44,247 bases of DNA. It comes from a virus. Its lineage: Duplodnaviria; Caudoviricetes. The stretch's first letter is position 1, and each line of letters starts with the position of its first letter. Positions 15,228 to 25,080 of this stretch are shown piece after piece. The notes beneath the pieces were generated by a model. The model was not told the DNA's origin, ran no database searches, and was given only the letters and a program-made list of their open reading frames with translations. Where the stretch lies: positions 1-44,247 of IMG/VR virus record IMGVR_UViG_3300020045_006119; one strand, given 5' to 3'. The position numbers and the translations under genes are program-made.

Positions 15228-15925
15228 CCCCACAACTTGACCTATTTGAAACCGACGCTTTTACGGTGTTACGTTCGTTTTTACTGTCATGCTTACCGAC
15301 TATTGAGGTAGTCAGAGGGCAGGATAACCGCGTACCTGAGCCGCTAGGCACTGACTTTATAACCATGATTCCCGTGTTGCGGGAGCGTATACACAACAAC
15401 GTTCATGATTATGTAGACTCGCTTTTTATCGGCTCAATCACAGGCACTACGCTAATAGTTACCAGTACCATTTATGGCAGTCTGTTTATTGGTTGCCAGA
15501 TTTATGGCGTTGATGTGTTGCCCGATACGATTATCACAGCCAGTCTAGGCGGTGGGCGTTACACGGTTTCTCAGTCGCAAACGATAACAAGCAGGACGAT
15601 AGCGGGCGGCATTAAAACCATGCTAAACCCTATCAAAATGACTATTCAATGCGACATACACGGCTCAAATAGTTGTGATAATGCGCACATCGTTACAACT
15701 GCGTTCCGTGATGTGTATGCCAGTGAGCAATTTGCTACATCGAATAAAAACGTGTTCCCGTTATTTTCGACCGATCCAAAACAACTGCCTTTTAATAATG
15801 ACCAGCAACAAACAGAGAATCGATGGATGGTAGATTTTACGATTCAAGTTAATCCAGTAATTACAATCTCTCAACGATTCTTTGACAATTTAACAACAAC
15901 AGCGATTAATGCGCAAAAGGTTTAA
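15224..15925 (+). CDS. Tail terminator / neck protein with inserted beta-rich domain
   Basis: V.RGQ.NRVPEP, Q.D.HG, PL...DP.Q.PF and E.RW...Q.NP motifs; precedes the sheath. Confidence 0.75.
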   Translation: MTPQLDLFETDAFTVLRSFLLSCLPTIEVVRGQDNRVPEPLGTDFITMIPVLRERIHNNVHDYVDSLFIGSITGTTLIVTSTIYGSLFIGCQIYGVDVLPDTIITASLGGGRYTVSQSQTITSRTIAGGIKTMLNPIKMTIQCDIHGSNSCDNAHIVTTAFRDVYASEQFATSNKNVFPLFSTDPKQLPFNNDQQQTENRWMVDFTIQVNPVITISQRFFDNLTTTAINAQKV

Positions 15926-15928
15926 ACG

Positions 15929-17458
15929 ATGACTATTTCTACCGATTTTTTAGTGAGTACTGTGCCGGGCGTAGTTAGCGGCATGGGTCAATCAATCCAG
16001 TTTAACGGAATGATTTTGACCGACTCTACAAAAGTTCCCATTGGCTCAATTCAGCCATTCACTAACTTGGCGGCGGTACTGGCTTATTTCGGCTCGGCAT
16101 CGGCTGAGTACGATATGGCACAGTATTACTTCAAAGGCTTTACTGGTTCGACACAAAAGCCGGGTATGCTTTACTTTTTCCAATTCAACACGGCGGCGGT
16201 CAGTGCGTACTTACGCGGTGCGGCTTATGCTGGCACATTAGACCAGTTGAAAGCTATCACCTCGGGCGGCTTGGCTTTAACTGTTGACGGTGTTGCGCAA
16301 ACGGTATCAGCTATTAACCTAAGCACAGCAACATCATTCAGCAACGCGGCTAGTCTGATTAATACGGCGGCGGGTGTTAAATTTAACTGTACTTACGACA
16401 CGCAGTTACAATCGTTTGTCATCACGTCCACAACCACGGGCGCGTTATCAACAGTCACTTATCCGACCACAAGCCCACTGGCTACCCTGCTAAACTTGCC
16501 ACAAGCAAGCGGCGGCGTATTGTCACAAGGTGCGGCGATTGCTGACCCTGCTACCTACATGACAGCGTTAGACGCGGCAAACCGCAACTGGGTATCTTTC
16601 TCGACCACATTTGAACCTGATTTAGCGACTAAATTAGAGTTTGCTCAATGGGTAAACGGTTCAGAGAATTACACCTATGTGGCGTGGGACACAGAAGCCG
16701 CGTTGCCGCTATCCAGTGATAGCACAAGTTTTGCCTATTTGATTAACGGCGTGACCACTGTTGACGCAAACGGTAACACTACCGTAGTGACTGCACCGAC
16801 CTATGACTATGACAACACTGTCGTTGTTTACAACACGGCGGCAATCGCGGCGGCGTTGATGGGTTTTATGGCATCGGTCAATCTTAATCAGCCGCAGGGT
16901 TGGGTAGACTACGCCTATTTGCAACAGTCTGGCTTAGCGTCAAGCGTATCAAACCGCACAACCGCTGAAATTCTGGAAAGCAAACGAACTTACTTTATCG
17001 GTGATTTTGCAAGCCCTACCACAGCTTATAAAATGGGTTGGGCAGGCGCGATTAGTGGCGTGTTTGACTGGCTTAATGACTTTTTAGGAAACCGCTATAT
17101 TCGCGCACAGCTTGAACAGTCATGGATGGATTTTAGAACACAGCGTAAAAACCTGCCGTTTAATGATGCGTCCTACAGTTCAATTAAACAAGTGTTTGCC
17201 AATAACGTGCTTGAACCCGCAAAGGTGCTGGGTGCGGTCAATTCAGGTGTGGCGTTGGATGAAATTCAAACTATTGCTATTAACGCGCTGGCAAATGTTG
17301 ATGATGCGGCGAAGCTCATTGAGCAGACTGGCTACTACATTAAAATCATTCCTGCTACCGTTGCACAACGCAACGCTAGAGTGTTGGATGTTAATGTCTG
17401 GTACACCTCAGGCGGCACAATCAACCGCGTAAACATTTCTGTTTTCTTAGTCCAATAA
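15929..17458 (+). CDS. Contractile tail sheath protein (DUF3383-type)
   Basis: V...PGV, YFG..S.EY..A..YF.GF, NW.SF.T and WYT.GG motifs. Confidence 0.9.
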   Translation: MTISTDFLVSTVPGVVSGMGQSIQFNGMILTDSTKVPIGSIQPFTNLAAVLAYFGSASAEYDMAQYYFKGFTGSTQKPGMLYFFQFNTAAVSAYLRGAAYAGTLDQLKAITSGGLALTVDGVAQTVSAINLSTATSFSNAASLINTAAGVKFNCTYDTQLQSFVITSTTTGALSTVTYPTTSPLATLLNLPQASGGVLSQGAAIADPATYMTALDAANRNWVSFSTTFEPDLATKLEFAQWVNGSENYTYVAWDTEAALPLSSDSTSFAYLINGVTTVDANGNTTVVTAPTYDYDNTVVVYNTAAIAAALMGFMASVNLNQPQGWVDYAYLQQSGLASSVSNRTTAEILESKRTYFIGDFASPTTAYKMGWAGAISGVFDWLNDFLGNRYIRAQLEQSWMDFRTQRKNLPFNDASYSSIKQVFANNVLEPAKVLGAVNSGVALDEIQTIAINALANVDDAAKLIEQTGYYIKIIPATVAQRNARVLDVNVWYTSGGTINRVNISVFLVQ

Positions 17459-17468
17459 GGGGTAATTC

Positions 17469-17921
17469 ATGGCCACATTAAATCAATCCAACGCTTTAAC
17501 CGCTGGTAGTGCAACGGCGGTTATTTTCGTCCCCTCTATCGCCCCCGCTGGACACACTATCCAAGGCGAGTTTTTAGACAACGCCTATGCAATCGGTGAC
17601 GTGACTAACAAAGAACTCAAAATGACTTTGCAAAGCGTCATTAAGGGCGGATGGATTCCGCAAATGAAAGAGGTAACTATCACACTGTTACCCAATACAC
17701 CATCATGGCAGTTCTTTAATGACTGGTATCAAGCCGAAGAAGCGTCGCGTAGTGTGCTGGAATGCACTAGCTTAATTATTACCCTGCCCTCAATCGGTGC
17801 GGTAGTGACGTACACGAACGGTTTTTTATCCAGTGCGAAAGTCATGCCAGACATTAAAAAGATTTTACAAGAGGGCAGTTTTAAACTGACTTTTGGGCGG
17901 GTTGTGACCGTATCGCTTTAA
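17469..17921 (+). CDS. Tail tube protein
   Basis: Follows sheath; 150 aa; G..P...ITL..N.PS...F..W pattern. Confidence 0.8.
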   Translation: MATLNQSNALTAGSATAVIFVPSIAPAGHTIQGEFLDNAYAIGDVTNKELKMTLQSVIKGGWIPQMKEVTITLLPNTPSWQFFNDWYQAEEASRSVLECTSLIITLPSIGAVVTYTNGFLSSAKVMPDIKKILQEGSFKLTFGRVVTVSL

Positions 17922-18035
17922 ATTTGAGCATAAGCCACTCTAAAAGCGACTAAGCGCAAAAAACGTGAACCGCTGACGGAATAGGGGCTGGCTAGGTCAG
18001 CCCGACCTTTTAACCTAACTAAAAGAGATTTTTAA

Positions 18036-18443
18036 ATGCCAAGAGAAATAATTAACTGGTCAGGCGCAAGCGGACGCGACGCTGGCAAGACCTACGTTAT
18101 CAGTGAAACCGATCCATTCTATTCATTCCAATGGGGGTTGAAAGCGGCTAAGGCTTTGACTGGATTACTACCTGAAAACTATCCGCGATCCATTGACGGC
18201 GTGGCAATGTGGGCGGCTGAGTCTGGCATTGATAAGGTACTGGAAGCGAACCCCGCTGAATTATTGCCATTGCTTGACGAACTGTTTTACAAGTGCGTTA
18301 AGTTTCAATCACCTGCAAATGAAAAGGTGACGATGGACATTACACCTGAATACAATGTGGGGCGGATTGAAGAACGCAACACGATTGGCGAACTGTATCT
18401 AGAAATTTTCAAGGTACATACAAATTTTTACGCGGCAGAGTAG
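18036..18443 (+). CDS. Tail assembly chaperone (G-like)
   Basis: GRD.GK.Y.I.E motif; between tube and tape measure. Confidence 0.8.
   Translation: MPREIINWSGASGRDAGKTYVISETDPFYSFQWGLKAAKALTGLLPENYPRSIDGVAMWAAESGIDKVLEANPAELLPLLDELFYKCVKFQSPANEKVTMDITPEYNVGRIEERNTIGELYLEIFKVHTNFYAAE
18422..18428 (+). other. -1 programmed frameshift slippery site A AAT TTT
   Basis: X XXY YYZ heptamer near the TAC 3' end; the -1 frame is open from here to 18658. Confidence 0.7.
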
Positions 18444-18454
18444 CATTTCCGCTG

Positions 18455-18658
18455 TTGCGCTACCCTGCCAGTACAGAGCCGCCTAAACAGTATGCCGAAT
18501 GTACCAACATACCGCCGATGATAGCCGCCATAATCAGCAAAGGACTTGCCACGCTTAAGGATATTCGAGAATCCTACGGAATGGGTGATGTGTGGGATAT
18601 TTCCGAGATTTTAGCGGTTACAAATTACAACGAATACATAGCCAACTACCGAGAATAA
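18455..18658 (+). CDS. C-terminal extension of the tail chaperone (GT-like frameshift product)
   Basis: No SD before TTG; in the -1 frame of the slippery site; ATL.D....Y...D motif. Confidence 0.7.
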   Translation: MRYPASTEPPKQYAECTNIPPMIAAIISKGLATLKDIRESYGMGDVWDISEILAVTNYNEYIANYRE

Positions 18659-18661
18659 AAC

Positions 18662-20881
18662 GTGAGCATCATTGATGAATTAGTTGTAAAACTTAAGCTA
18701 GACCTAGGTCGATTCAAAAGCGATGCGAACGCGGCAGAATCTACGCTAAATAACGTCAGTGATGCGTCGCAGCGTACCGCGCGTAACATGGAAAGCCACG
18801 GCAACGTAATGGCGAGTGGTTTCGGTAAAGTGCGGAATCAAATGCTTGCTGTGCTTGGCTTGTTCACCGCTGGCATGGGCATTAAAAACTTCACCCAGTC
18901 AACCATAAAACAGGCTGATGCTTTCGGGTTTATGTCTGACAGTATCGGTATGTCTACCACACGCCTACGCGCCTATTCAGACGCGGCTGAACGTGCGGGT
19001 GGTAGTGGCGAAGCAATGACAGACGCGCTGAAAAAATCGGCGGCTGACGTAGCAGGGTTACGAACTGGACAGAAAACATTAGCAGAAGTTGACCAAGGCA
19101 ACATTTTAACGCGCTGGTCTGCTTTCGCTGGTCTTGATCCATCAAAAATAATGGAGTCAGGCGAAAGCCTATTACAAGCACGACTCAAAGTCTTTGAAGC
19201 AATCCGCAAAACCGATAAAGATAACCCTATGCTTAAGGGTGTTGACCCCGCTGTATTGGCAAATATGGTGCTTGAACAAGGCGGCATAAGTGCGGGTGTT
19301 ACTAATGCGCTTAAGAATAAAGGTGGCTTAGAGGGATTTAATAAAAGCGTATCTAATCAGGAAAAGATAAATTCTGTCCTTGCTGGTTCTGAGGGCTTAG
19401 CAAGACAGGCGCGTGAATCGTGGTTCGACCTCACACAACAGTTTGAAATCATCGGGCAAAAAATAGTTGTCACGCTCACACCAGCGTTTATCAAGCTAAC
19501 CGAGTACCTGAAAAAAGTTAAGTTACCAAGCCCCGAAGTTGTCAGCAATACCATAGACGTTTGGGTTAAAAAGTTTGAGAACTTGGCGGATAAAAGCCAG
19601 AAAACTATTGATTATCTTTCTGAAAAATGGGGTAAATTTTCCGAAACAGTAAAAAAAGTAACGGATGACGGCATAGATTTAACAGACGGGTTTACTGTAA
19701 TTACTGGAGTTTTAGGTGGCTTAGTAGCCATTAACGTACTTGGCTGGGTTATGGGTATAGCTGGGGCGTTAGGTAGTCTAGTTGCTGCGGCTGGCAGTGC
19801 AGCGGTAGCACTTGCTCCTTTAGCGGCGGTAGCGGCGGCGGGTGCGGCGGGTGCTTATGTTGGCAATAAAGCCTATGAGGGCATGGGGCGCGAATCGCAG
19901 GATTTTTTAGGCAAAGGTGTTGCTAAGGTAGCGGCGTTTTTTGGCGATAAGGACGCACAGCAAGCACTGGGAACTAACGAAGCATACAGCGGCAATGTTG
20001 CGACAAAGGGAACTAAAGGCGGTTCTATTGCCGATATATTGCGCGGCGGTGAATCGGGCAAAGAGGGTTATGATGCTTACAATCGCGGCACTGGATTGGG
20101 TAGTATCGGACACCAAGACATAAGCAGTATGACACTGGGTGAAATTAAGCGCAGACAGGCACTCGATAAATCAGACAAAAACCGCTTAATGGCTGTTGGT
20201 ATGTATCAAATGATACCTGCCACCATGAGGGGAGCGCAGGAACATTTAGGCATAAGTGACGATACGGTATTTAGTCCTGAAATTCAGGAACAAATGTTCA
20301 GCAAATACCTTGCTGGTGCTAAGCGTAAAAAGATTGAAAATTACATAAAGGGTTCATCTAACGACGCGCAGGGCATGGGTATTGCGGCGGCGGCTGAATG
20401 GCGTAGTATCGCTGACCCACGCACGGGCAAAACGTATGCTGATAAGGGCGCGGTAGGTAACGCGGCGAGCATAAGCTCGGAATCGTGGCTATCGTCAACG
20501 AACAAAGCGCGTGAAGCATACCAGCAGAATCTACAGCGCGGCATGACCGAGGATGAAGCATACCAGAAAGCCTTACATGGTTTAGTTGGTGCAAACGCTG
20601 AAAATATCAGCACTAAGCCAAGCGCGGGTAAACCTTTCGTTATTCCAAAAGGTGAAAAGGATATTAACGGACGGGTAAAAGGCTTGAATGCTACCGAGTT
20701 GTATTCATCCATGCCAAACACGCAAACAAGCCCCCGCGCGAGTAATTCCAACAGTATTAATATCGGCTCACAGACATTTAACATCAAAGCCAACGACACA
20801 GACGGCATCAAAAAAGAACTGGCTAACAAGATGATAATTAGCGAGTCATTAACCCAAAACTTTAACAGCGGAATGCGCTAA
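18662..20881 (+). CDS. Tape measure protein with C-terminal lysozyme-like domain
   Basis: IIDELVV.L.LD start; Ala/Gly-rich helices; GES...Y.A.NRG...A.G.YQ.IP.T...Q.....EW.SI muramidase-like motifs. Confidence 0.88.
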   Translation: MSIIDELVVKLKLDLGRFKSDANAAESTLNNVSDASQRTARNMESHGNVMASGFGKVRNQMLAVLGLFTAGMGIKNFTQSTIKQADAFGFMSDSIGMSTTRLRAYSDAAERAGGSGEAMTDALKKSAADVAGLRTGQKTLAEVDQGNILTRWSAFAGLDPSKIMESGESLLQARLKVFEAIRKTDKDNPMLKGVDPAVLANMVLEQGGISAGVTNALKNKGGLEGFNKSVSNQEKINSVLAGSEGLARQARESWFDLTQQFEIIGQKIVVTLTPAFIKLTEYLKKVKLPSPEVVSNTIDVWVKKFENLADKSQKTIDYLSEKWGKFSETVKKVTDDGIDLTDGFTVITGVLGGLVAINVLGWVMGIAGALGSLVAAAGSAAVALAPLAAVAAAGAAGAYVGNKAYEGMGRESQDFLGKGVAKVAAFFGDKDAQQALGTNEAYSGNVATKGTKGGSIADILRGGESGKEGYDAYNRGTGLGSIGHQDISSMTLGEIKRRQALDKSDKNRLMAVGMYQMIPATMRGAQEHLGISDDTVFSPEIQEQMFSKYLAGAKRKKIENYIKGSSNDAQGMGIAAAAEWRSIADPRTGKTYADKGAVGNAASISSESWLSSTNKAREAYQQNLQRGMTEDEAYQKALHGLVGANAENISTKPSAGKPFVIPKGEKDINGRVKGLNATELYSSMPNTQTSPRASNSNSINIGSQTFNIKANDTDGIKKELANKMIISESLTQNFNSGMR

Positions 20882-21426
20882 TGTTTGGAATACCTGCTTT
20901 ACAGAATGTCATTAATTACCCGTCACACGTTTCGACCACGGTTAAAGCCATCACCTCGTTGTTTGATGACCCGCCATTATGGGGCATTTATATTGATGAC
21001 CAGCCTGCGTTGGTGTGTGACGGTGCGACTACGGTTGATGTACATTTTGAAGCCAACATATCAAACGCGCCACAAGAGGGAGGAAAGCTGTTAAGCTACA
21101 ACAAAGTGAAACAACCGACTAAAGCACACATCACGCTGTTAAAAGGCGGTGACATTATCGAGCGAGATACGTTCATATCTGCACTGATAAAGTTTAGAGA
21201 TGATTTGCGTCTGTTAAGTATCGTTACGCCCGACCACGTTTACTCTAATGTAAATATAACCAGCGTGTCATTTGCGCGTAATCCAGACAGGGGGTATTTA
21301 TTAATAGCCGCCGATGTTGGGCTTGACGAAGTGATGATAGCCACAGCAATTGAAGAAAAACAAACCGCTGATTCTAACGGCAAAAAACAGCAAAATAACG
21401 GGCAGGTTGAGGCGAAGAAAGCATAA
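20881..21426 (+). CDS. Baseplate / tail-tip (Dit-like) protein
   Basis: WGIY, IS.AP.E.G...SYNKV..P and IVTPD..Y motifs. Confidence 0.75.
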   Translation: MFGIPALQNVINYPSHVSTTVKAITSLFDDPPLWGIYIDDQPALVCDGATTVDVHFEANISNAPQEGGKLLSYNKVKQPTKAHITLLKGGDIIERDTFISALIKFRDDLRLLSIVTPDHVYSNVNITSVSFARNPDRGYLLIAADVGLDEVMIATAIEEKQTADSNGKKQQNNGQVEAKKA

Positions 21427-21722
21427 TGTTACTGATACCATTAAAGCCAGTTGCAAACCAAACAACAATCGTTATGCTAGGCGGTCAGGTTATCCGCGTG
21501 GCAATCCGTGAAATGACTACAGGCGTTTATTTAACCGCGTGGCTTGATAACGTGATTATCCAGTCTGGCATCCTGTGTGCTGACCGTGTGCGCATGATGG
21601 ATTCAAATTATGACCGCTTTGTCGGTGGGTTTATGTTCATGGATTCACGAGGTGCGGCTAATCCAGAAGCATCGGGCATTGGTACTCGCTGGAATCTTTA
21701 TTATCTTGAGTCGGGCGAATGA
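21426..21722 (+). CDS. Small baseplate protein
   Basis: IPL....NQ and F.D..G...P...G.G.RW.LYY motifs. Confidence 0.7.
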   Translation: MLLIPLKPVANQTTIVMLGGQVIRVAIREMTTGVYLTAWLDNVIIQSGILCADRVRMMDSNYDRFVGGFMFMDSRGAANPEASGIGTRWNLYYLESGE

Positions 21723-22579
21723 CACAGGCATACACCGAGAAACTTATCACGCTTGAGTTGATTTATTCGGACACGAAAGAAGCTGTATTGCTTGAGGGTT
21801 TTCGCGTGAATGTGGCAGTTGTGCAGGGCTTCAATGGTTTTGATGGAACAATGCAATGTACTATCGAGGGCTTAAGCCGTGAAAAAATGTACCGCTTAAC
21901 GTCAATTGGATTTATCAAGCAAGACAACAAGCTAAACCAGATAACTGTGCTTGCTGGTGACACGACTAACGGCATGGAAACGGTGTTTAAAGGTACGATA
22001 AGCCAAGCGTATATTGATGCGTCATACCAGCCAGACATAATTTTTCATATTATCGCGTATGGTGCAGCGGTCGAAGCACTGAACACGGCTAAGGCAACGT
22101 CTTTTAAAGGCAATGTCAAAGTGGCAGACGTGTTTAAAAGTCTGGCAGCTGAAAGTAACGGGCTGGACTTTGAGAATCGCAACGTAGACAAGCAAATTGA
22201 TAACCCCTATCTGGCAGGATCAACGCTGGATAAAATACGCACACTGGCAAAAACAACGGGCGTTAATTTTTCGATTGATAAACGCCTGTTAAGTATCTGG
22301 GATGATAACAAGCCTAAGCCAACAAGTGATATAATCACAGTATCGGCAACAAGCCCAGACGCTACGCTGTTAAAGTACCCCGCCACATCGGGAAACGCGC
22401 TGGAAATAGATATTTTGTTTACAAACAAACTGAGCTACTCGCAAACTATCAACGTAGAATCAGAGCTTGATATTGTTAATGGCAAGTGGGCGATTAGACA
22501 GATTGCGCATAACCTGCAATCGAAAGATCCGGGCGGTGTTTGGTTCACTCATTTATCATGCGATAAGGCGATTCAATAA
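21719..22579 (+). CDS. Baseplate hub protein
   Basis: I.GL, V.AGD, F.GTI..A..D and NG.W...H.L....GG.WFT motifs. Confidence 0.8.
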   Translation: MTQAYTEKLITLELIYSDTKEAVLLEGFRVNVAVVQGFNGFDGTMQCTIEGLSREKMYRLTSIGFIKQDNKLNQITVLAGDTTNGMETVFKGTISQAYIDASYQPDIIFHIIAYGAAVEALNTAKATSFKGNVKVADVFKSLAAESNGLDFENRNVDKQIDNPYLAGSTLDKIRTLAKTTGVNFSIDKRLLSIWDDNKPKPTSDIITVSATSPDATLLKYPATSGNALEIDILFTNKLSYSQTINVESELDIVNGKWAIRQIAHNLQSKDPGGVWFTHLSCDKAIQ

Positions 22580-23166
22580 TGGCTACAGGCGTATTACAAA
22601 GCTCTAACCAAATGTCAGAAGCGTCAAAACAGGAATTTATCATTGAACAAATGACCAAGGGCATGATGACGGCAATTCCTGTTATCGTCCACGCGGTTAA
22701 TAGTCCTGATGATGAGCTAATCGACGTAACGCCCGCGATTAATCAAGAAAATGCAAACGGGGACAGCGTAGAACACAATGTGATTTATAATGTGCCTGTG
22801 TGCAGATTACAGCGCGGCAATAGTGCGGTTATCATGCGCCCTAAGGTTGGCGATAGAGGGCTAGTAGTTTTTGCCAGTCAGGATATATCCATTTTTAAGA
22901 AAGTGAAAAACTTCTGCAAAACTGGTACGTTTCGGCGGCACGATTGGGCAGATGCGATTTATGTCATGGGTTTGTGCAATACCGCACCGACTCAGTACAT
23001 TGTGTTTAACGACGCTGATATTACTATCGTCACGCCTAAATTGATTGTACAAGCTGACGAGACTGATTTTATTGGTATTGTCAAAGCAAATGGTAAGCGG
23101 ATAGATGATACACACAAGCACGATTTAGTAAAAACAGGCACAGATAATTCAGGCACGGTAATATAA
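22579..23166 (+). CDS. Baseplate spike (Gp138-like)
   Basis: P...LQ.G..A....P..GD.GL.VF...DIS, R.H...D and C-terminal H.H motifs. Confidence 0.85.
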   Translation: MATGVLQSSNQMSEASKQEFIIEQMTKGMMTAIPVIVHAVNSPDDELIDVTPAINQENANGDSVEHNVIYNVPVCRLQRGNSAVIMRPKVGDRGLVVFASQDISIFKKVKNFCKTGTFRRHDWADAIYVMGLCNTAPTQYIVFNDADITIVTPKLIVQADETDFIGIVKANGKRIDDTHKHDLVKTGTDNSGTVI

Positions 23167-23291
23167 TGAAACAGCTTTTAATTATGTTTATAATTTGCCC
23201 ACTATTGCCGATAATTGGCATTGTGTGGCTAACGCTGGTTAGACTGGAAAAGATGGCGAATTACAATCAATCAAACCATGTGAGCAAATAA
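23166..23291 (+). CDS. Small TM protein (41 aa) inside the baseplate operon
   Basis: MKQLLIMFIICPLLPIIGIVWLTLV...; TAATG overlaps at both ends. Confidence 0.55.
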   Translation: MKQLLIMFIICPLLPIIGIVWLTLVRLEKMANYNQSNHVSK

Positions 23292-23644
23292 TGAGCAAAA
23301 GCCTATTTTTAGACCCGAACACATGGGATTTAGCCGTAAACATTGACGGCAATATCGCGGTAGCCGACGAACCATATCGCATAGCGCAAGATTGCTCATG
23401 TGCTGTGCGCACGTTTAAGCCTGAGGTCTATTTTGATATGAGCTACGGCATACCCTACACCGCTGAAATTTTGGGCAAACGTCCACCGTTACAACTGGTA
23501 AAAAAACGCTATGAAGATTTAGCCAAAACTGTCAACGGAGTAGCTGACGCGCGGTGCACATTGACAGGTTTAAAAAACAGGGTGCTAACTGGCTACATTA
23601 CATTAACCACTACCGACGGCGGTAACTTGGACATAGGATTTTAA
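23291..23644 (+). CDS. Baseplate wedge / sheath initiator (gp25-like)
   Basis: L.LD..TWDL....GNIA....Y..AQD....R.F..E..FD...GIPY motif. Confidence 0.8.
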   Translation: MSKSLFLDPNTWDLAVNIDGNIAVADEPYRIAQDCSCAVRTFKPEVYFDMSYGIPYTAEILGKRPPLQLVKKRYEDLAKTVNGVADARCTLTGLKNRVLTGYITLTTTDGGNLDIGF

Positions 23645-24889
23645 ATGACAATCACGACTAATATGCCGCCTACCGTCTTTAGTGACACGGGCGTTATTTT
23701 TCAACAGCCCGACGCGCTTTTAAATGGTGCGTGTTTGGATATTCAGACAGCGTTTAACAATCAGTTGAATTTAGTCTCTACCGACTCAAGCACACTGGTA
23801 ACGCCACAAGGTCAAATTGCAAGCACACAGACAGCAGTACGGCTTGAGAAAGATGCAAACATAGCGTTTATCACTAACCAATTTAACCCCGCTACCTGTT
23901 CGGGTATTTGGCAGGATGGCATGGGAAAGTTTTTTTACAATATGCAGCGGTTGCCTGCGTTGCCCACTATCGTTAGTGTTACCTGCATGGGATTGGTTGA
24001 TGCCGAAATACCAGCGGGCGCAGTCGTGTCCGACATATCGGGCAATCTGTATGCAAGCGTACAAGCTGGCACGATTGACATTGGCGGCACAGTTGATATT
24101 GATTTTTATTGTACTGTCACGGGCGCGGTATCATGCCCTGCTTTAGCGGTAACAGGGATTTACAATAACGGCGGTGCTATCGGATGGGACACGGTAATGA
24201 ATACCAACGCGGGTATTTTAGGGCAGGATGTAGAGACACCACAGGCGTTTGAAGCGCGTAGACAACTAAGTATAGGCATTTATGGTCATTCAATGGTGTC
24301 ATCTATTGTGGGCAACATTTACCGCACCGTTGATGGCATTGAAATGGTCTACGCAATGGATAACGACACGGATGCTCCCGTTACTACGCTGGGTGTTACA
24401 TTACCCGCGCATAGTGTTTATGTGGCAGCGGTGGGCGGTACTGATTTAGCAGTAGCCACGGCGATATTCAATAAGAAAAGCGGCGGATGTGCGTATGTTG
24501 GCAACACTTCGGTTTCTGTACAAGACACCGACAACAACAGCACGCCCTATCCAGCCAAAACGGTTAAATTTACCAGACCAGCGGCGTTACCCGTTTACTT
24601 TGTCGTTAATGCGGTCAATGATTTAACGCTACCTGCTACCCGCGACACGCTTGTTAAAAATGCGATTCTTGCACAATTTTCAGGTGAAAACGCAAGCCCC
24701 AAGGCGCAAACAGGCACACTAATACACGCGGGGCAATACTTCGCGCCCGTGCAAGCTGCTATTCCCGCCATTATCATTAACTCGCTGTTTGTGGGCAGTT
24801 CGGCAAGCCCGACCACGCCAAGCCTACAGGTGAACGCGGATAAGTACCCGACACTGAGCGCGGCTAACATTGTTATTAACTGGGTGTAG
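23645..24889 (+). CDS. Baseplate J-like wedge protein
   Basis: TPQGQ.A, G.WQD..G, G...ET..FE.RR and HS.YV...GG motifs. Confidence 0.88.
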   Translation: MTITTNMPPTVFSDTGVIFQQPDALLNGACLDIQTAFNNQLNLVSTDSSTLVTPQGQIASTQTAVRLEKDANIAFITNQFNPATCSGIWQDGMGKFFYNMQRLPALPTIVSVTCMGLVDAEIPAGAVVSDISGNLYASVQAGTIDIGGTVDIDFYCTVTGAVSCPALAVTGIYNNGGAIGWDTVMNTNAGILGQDVETPQAFEARRQLSIGIYGHSMVSSIVGNIYRTVDGIEMVYAMDNDTDAPVTTLGVTLPAHSVYVAAVGGTDLAVATAIFNKKSGGCAYVGNTSVSVQDTDNNSTPYPAKTVKFTRPAALPVYFVVNAVNDLTLPATRDTLVKNAILAQFSGENASPKAQTGTLIHAGQYFAPVQAAIPAIIINSLFVGSSASPTTPSLQVNADKYPTLSAANIVINWV

Positions 24890-25016
24890 ATTGGTCAAGA
24901 ATTTTAATTATCCATTTTGTTAATGAACCGCCATTAGCGGCTTTTAAATAAGCCGCTTTTTTACTAGGCTTTATTTTCATGGTTATTATTTCACTAGCTA
25001 TTTCTTTTTTTGTCAT
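24876..25016 (-). CDS. Small ribbon-helix-helix-like DNA-binding protein
   Basis: IITMKIKPSKKAAYLKAANGGSLTKWIIKILD strand-helix-helix pattern; start uncertain (ATG 25016 preferred). Confidence 0.55.
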   Translation of the reverse strand: MTKKEIASEIITMKIKPSKKAAYLKAANGGSLTKWIIKILDQSTPS

Positions 25017-25080
25017 AAAATGCCAATATTGCAAAATAACCATAATTTTAACATAAATCATAAAAAAGGTATATACCTTT

